From: Heptranchias perlo | Taxonomy: Eukaryota | NCBI RefSeq assembly: GCF_035084215.1 | Contig: NC_090345.1 | Span: 49,600,001-49,664,000, forward strand | Direction of reading: 5' to 3' | DNA: 64,000 bases | Notes under the pieces: generated by a model | Databases searched by the model: none | What the model saw: the letters and a program-made list of their open reading frames with translations, nothing else | Told to the model about the DNA's origin: nothing | Shown here: one piece after another, positions 11,474 to 64,000 of the stretch | Numbering within the stretch: the first letter of the stretch is position 1 | How the letters are laid out: every line of letters starts with the position of its first letter | Translations under genes and position numbers: made by a program

Positions 11474-12601
11474 ATGATGGGGGTAATATTCTGGCATGGA
11501 TGGAGGATTGGTTATCTAACAGGAAGCAGAGAATTGGGATAAATGGTTCATTCTCAGACTGGCAACCAGTAGCCAGTGGTATTCCACAGGGGTCGGTGCT
11601 GGGTCCCCAACTCTTTACAATCTATATTATCGATTTGGAGGAGGGGACCGAGTGTAACATGACAAAGTTTGCAGATGATACAAAGATGGGAGGGAAAGTA
11701 GAGAGTGAGGAGGACATAAAAAACCTACAAGGGGATATAGACAGGCTGGGTGAGTGGGCAGAGATTTGGCAGATGCAATACAATATTGGAAAATGTGAGG
11801 TTATGCACTATGGCAGGAAAAATCAGAGAGCAAGTTATTATTTTAATGGCGAGAAACTGGAAAGTACTGCAGTACAAAGGGATCTGGGGGTCCTAGTGCA
11901 AGAAAATCAAAAAGTTAGTATGCAGGTGCAGCAGGTGATCAAGAAGGCCAATGGAATGTTGGCTTTTATTGCTAGGGGGATAGAATATAAAAACAGGGAG
12001 GTATTGCTGCAGTTATATAAGGTATTGGTGAGACCGCACCTGGAATACTGCATACAGTTTTGGTGTCCATACTTAAGAAGACATACTTGCTCTCGAGGCA
12101 GTACAAAGAAGGTTCATTCGGTTAATCCCGGGGATGAGGGGGCGGACATATGAGGAGAGGTTGAGTAGATTGGGACTCTACTCATTGGAGTTCGGAAGAA
12201 TGAGAGGCGATCTTATTGAAACATATAAGATTGTGAAGGGGCTTGATCGGGTGGATGTTCCCAAGGATGGGTGAAACTAGAAGTAGGGGGTCATAATCTT
12301 AGAATAAGGGGCAGCTCTTTCAAAACTGAGATGAGGAGAAACTTCTTCACTCAGAGGGTAGTAGGTCTGTGGAATTTGCTGCCCCAGGAAGCTGTGGAAG
12401 TGACATCATTAAATAAATATAAAACAGAAATAGACAGTTTCCTGGAAGTAAAGGGAATTAGGGGTTACGGGGAGCGGGCAGGAAATTGGACATGAATTTA
12501 AATTTGAGGTTAGGATCAGATCAGCCGTGATCTTATTGAATGGCGGAGCAGGCTCGAGGGGCCGATTGGCCTACTCCTGCTCCTATTTCTTATGTTCTTA
12601 T
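11474..12601 (+). mobile_element. CR1 LINE, 5'-truncated
   Basis: WLSNRKQR..GIPQGSVLGP.LF..KFADDTK RT motifs, then a frameshift; 3'UTR ends tatgttcttatg. Confidence 0.93.
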
Positions 12602-13599
12602 GATTTGTCTTTGCACAGTGAAGTTGTGCAGCATGCAGCAAATTATCACAATCCTTGACACCTCAGCCAAACTGTATATTGCAGGATGCACCAGTGAAGC
12701 ATTGCTTCCACATGCCCGTGGTGTGCTCTATGATGACTTACCGAAGCATGCATCCCATCATACCTGTTTACAGCTGGTGTCTGCTGTTGCTGCAGAGATG
12801 TCCAGAGCTAGGGCTCCATGGGGTAATCTTCATTACCCAGGGGCCACCTTTCCCCTTTCTTTTGTGGGTCAACTATTGGTGTCAGAGTGGATTGATTTAA
12901 AATGGTAGCATCGAGACAGTTGCTTGGGAAGCAATCATTGACTTGCATGCTGCAGGCCACAAAGGAGTTGCACATACATGGAGTGGAATCCTCTGTTAGT
13001 GGCATTGTGTAAGACAGCACATAAGATCACATGGGTGCAATCTATACCCCGGACCAGCAGGAGTCCTTTCAGTACGTAAAAACACAATCCCCCTCATGTT
13101 GCTTCCAACTGTCCAATGGGAAGGAGATGATATTGCTTGCAAGAGCAAACAGGGCATCATTGAACTGTTAAACCAATCAGCTGTGTTAATGTTGCTAATG
13201 AACCCTGTGGCTGCTTCAAATGATCCCCAAAACATAAAAGTTCAGGGTGTTTGTAACCTTGTCAGCTGTGGGTAGTGCCAGGCCAGTGGAGTTTGGCTGT
13301 AGCTCACCTTGGCACAGGCTCCTCTTTGAAGCTACAGGCCTTGGTCCTCTGCCACATCATGTTACATGCCCGACTGCCTGTAGATGTGGCTGCAAGGGTA
13401 CCAGCAGGTGGGCAGTGTGCCTGCCAGCCCCCTGTTGGTCTTTTACCTCCAAAAAGCATGAACAACCTCTTGTTTCACCTATGACCAAGTATTCCATGGA
13501 AGCATCTAAACAACAGCCACAAAGGCTGCAGAAATAGTCTTCAACTGCTTTTGCCAATCAAATTTATAGGATTTCTTTAAAGCTATTTCTGTAAACAGC

Positions 13600-14840
13600 A
13601 GTTCTTAACAAGGAATAGTGACAGATCACTTGAACAAATAGGAGTTGATCAGAGAGTCAGCATGGCTTTGCTACGGGTAAGTCATATCTGACTAACCTAA
13701 CTGAATTTTTTTTTGTTGAGGTCACTAATAAGCTAGATAAGCGAGTGTCCATGGATGTTGTCTATATGGACTTCCAGAAGGCATTCGATAAGGTTCCACG
13801 TAAAAGATTACTGGCAAAAATGATAGCACACATAATTGGAGGTAGCCTTTTGACTTGATTGGAAATTGGTTGGGAAGTAGGAGATGAAGAGCGGGGATAA
13901 GTGGTATGCACTCACATTGGCAGGATGTGACAAGTGCTGTTCTGGGGCCTCAACTTTACCATATTTATCAATGACTTGGATGAAGGAATAGAGTTGTATA
14001 TTCACATTTGCAGATGACACTAAATTAGGAGCGACAGTAAGTAGTGCAGTTGGGAGCAGGAAGTTACAAAGGCACATAGACATATAAAGTGAGTGGGCAA
14101 AACTATGGCAAATGGAGTTCAATATGGACAAGTGTGAGGTCATGCACTTTGGACCCAAGAAAAATTGGAGTATTTTCCAAACGGTGAGAAACTAGGTACT
14201 GTAGAGGAGCAGAGAGATTTGGTAGTCCAAGTACACAAATCAATAAAAGCCAGTAGATAGGTACAAAAAGCAATCAAAAAGGCTAATGGAATGCTGGCCT
14301 TAATTTTAAGGAGACTGGAATACAAAAGTGAGAAAGTTATGCTTCAGTTGTACAGAGCCTTCGTCAGACCCCATCTGGGTAATACATTCAGTTTTGGGCA
14401 CCATACTTCAGGAAGGATATACTGGCCTTGGAGGGGGTACAGCAGATTCACCAGAATGATACCATGGCTTAAAGGGTTAAATTATGAGGACAGGCTGCAT
14501 AAACTTGGCTTGTATTTCCTCGAGTCTAGAAGGTGGATGGGTGATCGAATAGAGGTGTTTAAAATGATAAAGGGATTCAATAGGGTAGTTACACAGAAAC
14601 TATTTCCCCTGGTAGGGGAATCCAGACCAAGGGGGCATATTCTTATATAGCTAGTCCATTTAGGAGTGAAATCTGGACCTCCCTTCCCCAAATGACTGTG
14701 GATGCTGGGTCAACTGAAATAGATTTTTGTTGGGCAAGGCTCTCCAGGAGTATGGATCAAAGGCAGGTAAATGGATTAGATCAGCCATGATCTAATATAA
14801 TGGTGGAACAGACATGAGGGGCTGATTAACCTACTCCTAG
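13600..14840 (+). mobile_element. CR1 LINE fragment, degraded
   Basis: MDFQKAFDKV (13766), FADDTK (14007) and LEYKSEKVMLQLY, with multiple disruptions. Confidence 0.88.
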
Positions 14841-17329
14841 CTTCCTACAGAACCAAGATAAATTGGAGTATTAAAATAACACTCTGCAGCCCACAATATT
14901 AGAGTTGAATACAAATTTTAATGCTTTAAAAAGAAAAAAAAAACTGGTCTTGCAATGTAAAGATGGATGTTTTAAGAAACAGATGTATATAAGTTGTGAG
15001 CTAGATTATAGTAATCAGCCTGAAGGGGATATCGCAAGCCTTGGCCTGTGAAAGCTGGTTAGCGCCCATTATCCCAGAGTTGAAACATTGTGGTTATGGT
15101 TATCAGCCTATGTAGCGTTGCTTGGCAACCCACAATAATTGCCTGTTAAAATATGTCCAGCCATTCCACTATAGACCAATTTTCAATCCACAATTGCCAT
15201 CTGCCCTCTGGTACATCATCCATTGTCTATGTGTGAACCTAAACAGCAAGTACCAGCATACTATTCCACCAAAGAGGGCATCACAGCCAACCTAATCCCC
15301 TCTATGAATTTTACTGGTCTTTTGGAATTAGGTTCCACAATTCTGTTGCTTTTTTTTTGCAAAAACAGAACTTGTAGCCTTGAATAAAGTGGATATTTAA
15401 CATTATCTTAAAATGATTTTAATAAAATACAGTCCCACTTTTTTCCTCATTATTCCATCAGTACTGCACATCTGGTTGATCTGAAAATCTCATGTTAAAG
15501 TCCAAAGCTCACTCTCTGCTTCGGATAACTCAGAAACAAAGGGTGAGCCACAATTTGCATCAACTCCTTGGTAAAATAAACCAGTCCTGCCAGAAGCTAC
15601 AATTCTAATTCTTCCTTGTAAGAGTCCATTAATTGCACTTGTGATGTTGTGGCACAGGGACACAATGACTCACTGAACAGCTGCTCCAGTGTTAACGTCG
15701 TTGACCGTTGAGAACGGGCATAAAGCAGCTTGTGTGGACAACACACGGATCCAGGCCCTTTCCCAATGGTGATGTTAACCTCTAGCAGCTGCCAGAGTTT
15801 AGTATCTCAGGAAATAAGTTACGACTGCAACTGGAAAGATCTCAAATAGTGCTGGCTGACGAGTTTCATATGTTCAACTAGTTGATCAGTCACTAAGTGC
15901 GAGGAGAAAGGTTAGGAGAAATCTCTTTACACAGAGGGATGTTGCAGCATGAAATGCTTTGCCAGAGGCAATAGTTGAGGCATACCCTATTTCATCTTGT
16001 AAGAGAAAATATTTGAAACAAAAGAAAATACAGGGCTATGTAGAGAGGACCGTAGGATTAGCTTTTCATTACTCTAGCAGAGAGCCAGCACTGACACGAT
16101 GGGCAAAATGTCCTTTCGTGCTGTAAACTTGTTTGGCTCTATAATTCCTCTAGAATTGGTTAAGATGGTTTCCAGAAATATCCTTCCATCTTATCTCTAG
16201 AGCAAAGTCCTTGGAGAAGTAGCAACATTGTTGGTAAAATGTAAATACACTCAAGCGGGATATTACAGAATGCTAATCATTTACAACTCACTCGGACTGA
16301 CACAAAGATTAACTATAATTGATAATGACCCGGGATCTCCTCACAACCCTTCAGGACCGGAAAGAATAATGAGTGAAGAATACAAAGTGCTGATAAACAT
16401 TGAGGAAATTAAACTGTTAACAGCTTTACCTTTAAAAGAGTAAACTGCAGAAATGGAGATAACAAAGCTCGTCATAAAGAACTGAAACACTTATATAAGT
16501 AGTTGTCAAAGATAAAGTCCAGTGAAGAGTGAGAAAAGCGGAGAGGTTCTGTTGTAATGCTGAAGAGAAAAGCGATGTATTACAAGTAGAACTAGACCAA
16601 ATGCACAAAGATTATATAAACATGACCAACCATATAACAGAGGTTCAATAAAATCTTTGAAGAAAATCAGGAAGATAGCATGTGCCTCTGGACTAACTGC
16701 TTCTTCTATGCCACAGGAAAACAGACATTCCAGCTACGAATGTAAGAAATTGTCTATATTTTCAATATATTAAAAACAGTTCAACAGGATGTATGGATGT
16801 CAAACTCCTCTACTGATGCAAAATAATCTTAAAATGCTGAATGCTTCTGAGCTGCAACCTGAAACTTACTGGTACATTCCAATCTTCAAAGTTCCTTGAT
16901 CAAACAGCAGTAAAACTGAATGATCTCAGGCTGTGTTTACATAAAGCAATTCGACTTTTTAGTCTTAAAAGGGGCAGGCCAGTTTAAAACACAGCTCCAC
17001 CGTGGCCGAATACGTTGTATATTACAACATAATACTATATAATGTGTAATACTGCCTCATCCAATTTATGAGCAATGCCATGGGGGATCCTCTAGCATTC
17101 TGCTCTAAAACCTACATCTCAGCCACAGGTTGCCCACACTTCAGGTCCTCCCTCCCAGTCCAAACACTAATCAAAGGCCCTATGTGTCCTCTTGACCTCA
17201 AACCCTGGCCCAGTTTCTCTCACCTGCATATGCTGCACCAGCTCCTACAGAGCCTGGCTCCACCAACTGCAGTAGTCACCTCCAACCTGCTGTACGATGG
17301 CTGTCATCCCGTTGTGTATCCTGGAAATT

Positions 17330-17765
17330 GGGTCAGCTTGGCTTAGTTGACAGCAATCGCACATCAAATCAGATGATGGTCCCAGTCCTACTCTAGAACT
17401 TGAGTACATAGTCTCGACTGACATTTCAGTGCAGTTTACAGGGAGTGCTGCATTGTCAACGAGCTGTCTTTCAGCAGAGATATTAAACTGAGTCTGCGTG
17501 TACAAATGGACAAAAAAGATCCCATGGTACTATTCAGAGGGGAGCATGGAGTTCTTCCAGTGACCTGGCCAACATTCCTTCAAAAAACACCATCAAAACA
17601 GATTAATTGGTCATTCATCTCATTTGCTGTTTTGTGAAACCTTGCTGTGCACAAACTGATTACTGCATTTGTCTACATAACAGTAACTGCATTTCGAAAG
17701 ATAATTTGCTGGCTGCTTTATGATGTCCCGTGGACACAAGGCACTATATAAATGGAAGTTCTTTT
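17330..17765 (+). mobile_element. tRNA-derived Deu-domain SINE (SacSINE1/AmnSINE1-like)
   Basis: Central gacatttcagtgcag..gggagtgctgcattgtc..aaaagatcccatgg..gattaattggtcatt..ttgctgt domain plus an L2-like tail (ggcactatataaatg). Family name from recall only. Confidence 0.7.
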
Positions 17766-18185
17766 TCTTTATGGAAATACAAGACTCAGAAATTCATGCG
17801 TGACATTCATACCAGGAGAGAAAGGAGGTAGAACGAAGGAGTGACTTACAGAAAGGATGATGATAAATAGTTAAACCCAGAAATATTTATGAGGCATAAG
17901 GAGAAAGGGAGTAAGAGTGGAAGACAAGCAGAAAAACATAGGGATATAAGTGGGAGGCAAAGACAACAGTTGCCAGAAGATATTTGTGCATGAGCAATGC
18001 CACAAGAGATCGCCCTATAACAGAATGTGCATTAAATGTTGTTATGTTCACACTTTTATAAAACAATAGATCCTCTGAACTCACCATGATCAATGCCACA
18101 GGATATAGGCTAGTGCAGAATAAAGTATCTCTGAAATTGGATTTGTAATGTGGGAAAAAAACAGTACTGTGACCAATTTGAAAGT

Positions 18186-18191
18186 TTTATT
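18186..18191 (-). promoter_or_regulatory. Candidate distal polyadenylation signal of HELLS (AATAAA)
   Basis: Minus-strand AATAAA followed by a T/GT-rich tract. It lies at the end of about 1.6 kb of non-repeat sequence below the stop codon. An alternative AATAAA is at 19472-19477. Confidence 0.4.
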
Positions 18192-19799
18192 TCTAATAAA
18201 AAAACAAATTTTTGTACAGTTTATACATCAGCATTCGACACACATCAGGATTGAAGTTTGAGGTGAGGGGAAGGAAGCCCTGTTCCTGGTCCCGACAATG
18301 CTGAAGCATTCTGGTCCTCCAGCTTTTTATAGGCAATCAGTCTCCTATTTGTAGTGCTAGGCATCTATTTGTAGTAAGCCTTGTCTAAGCAGTAAACTAG
18401 TGCTGCAGTATACAGGTCCTACAAAGCTTTTCCCCTGGTATTTTCTGTAGGTCCTGATTTAAGCCATGTGCAATTATCAAAAAAAAATGGTTTTAAAGGA
18501 ACAGCAGCACAACTCTTCTAAAGTTGTCCAAGGAAACTAAAATTTCAGGGGTTGCATTTCGTATTTGCATTGGGTTTAATACGTTACAATCACCACCAAT
18601 CACCCTTTCATTCTGCTAGTTTCTCACACACGAACTGCTGCCACCAATGGCACCAAAGTAAAGACGAGAAACTCCACACCTCCAACTGATCCAGAAAGCT
18701 GGGTTTCCATGATCCTAGGAGCTGTTAGTGGAGGTCGCACTTAATGCCAGCCCCCATCCCACAGGCCCCTGGAACGATCCAATAGTAGCGGCAACACGTT
18801 GCAAATGAAAAGCAGGGAGTGAAGTTTGAGGACAACAGTGCTAGGTCAGATTTCCACTTTAGCACTGCTCTCCTGGCATTCTAACTACAACACAGGAACC
18901 GTTTGGGCGAGCAGCAGGATCTGTCCTGTGTGAAGAAGCAAGATGAACTGGCAATCCTTAGCCTCGAGTCATAGCGATTGACCCAGGGGTGCAGAGGAGC
19001 AAGAGCAGAGAGAGCAAGAACCTTGGCAGCTATCAAATGGTTTCACAAATTTCACCTTCAGTATGGTAGAGACGAAATTCAAAAAGGGGAAGGGGAGAAA
19101 AATCTGAGATTGAAGTATTGTCCGGCAGGGGGGGGGGGGGGGGGAGGGAGAAAGAGCAGCAGGGCCCAGTGCCGATTTATTTTAAAACAAGATAAAATGA
19201 TAAAAGATAAAAACGCACAACGTTAAGCAGTCAGATTTTCCAATTCTGGATCAATATCAAAAACCAATGCTGACTTGTGTTGATTACCACAGCAAGGCAC
19301 ATACTGGCATTCCTGGCAAACTCCCACCAAACTACAGACTGTCAACTTTCTATTTCTCTGCCGAGACCATAAATGTGCAAATACCTTAGAGGGTAAGAGC
19401 ACCAAATACTTGTAAACCAAACAAAATTATACAGGGTGACAAAGCAAAACAAATAAAATCATTTTGTTCTCTTTATTCTCCCATTCCACCCATGTAAAAG
19501 GTGAAAAGGTTTGAAATTACGCTCATTATTGAGATTCCAGGCAGCAATAAGTCTCAAACTGAAAAAAAATCTGCATCTGTAATCTACTGTGCAAAAAACA
19601 ATCATTTAAAAAAAATCCTCCTTTAAAAACTTTTAAACAGGATGTGTTGTCAGATCAATAAACCTAAGAAACATGCAGACTGATCCTAACTCTGAACTCG
19701 AGTGATCTCCACTCTGAAACTAGAACTGTTCTCTAGAGGGGAAAGCAGAATGGGGAGGGAAAACTAACACCTGACTAAAGAGATGTCTCCAGCCATCTC

Positions 19800-63973
<44,174 letters not shown>

Positions 63974-64000
63974 CTGAGACAAAAAATACATGAATTAGGA

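Overview
Vertebrate genomic DNA, most likely from a cartilaginous fish (inferred from the repeat landscape of CR1, L2, Deu-domain SINEs, Penelope/Neptune and Harbinger elements). Two host genes lie in tandem on the minus strand. The first is the 3' part of HELLS (LSH/DDM1-type SNF2 remodeller): 14 GT-AG coding exons from 63973 down to the stop at 19800, joining into one open frame of about 607 aa. The second is a neuropeptide Y receptor with a single coding exon, most like NPY4R (7776-8903). It has a 5'UTR intron, two Kozak-context uORFs and an unusual QRH in place of the E/DRY-type motif. The rest is dominated by transposons. The most striking structure is a family of fold-back Penelope-like elements at three sizes (about 170 bp, 230 bp and 3.7 kb). 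Each has a TSD, an identical 37-nt tail and a covarying terminal hairpin. The two larger ones carry minimal hammerhead ribozymes; the smallest has its junction at the predicted hammerhead cleavage site. The largest forms a near-perfect hairpin with about 1.78-kb arms inside the 22.6-kb HELLS intron. The window also holds a near-full-length PIF/Harbinger element and two non-autonomous relatives that share the same two internal deletions. Exon and TSD coordinates were counted by hand; boundaries of older repeats are approximate.
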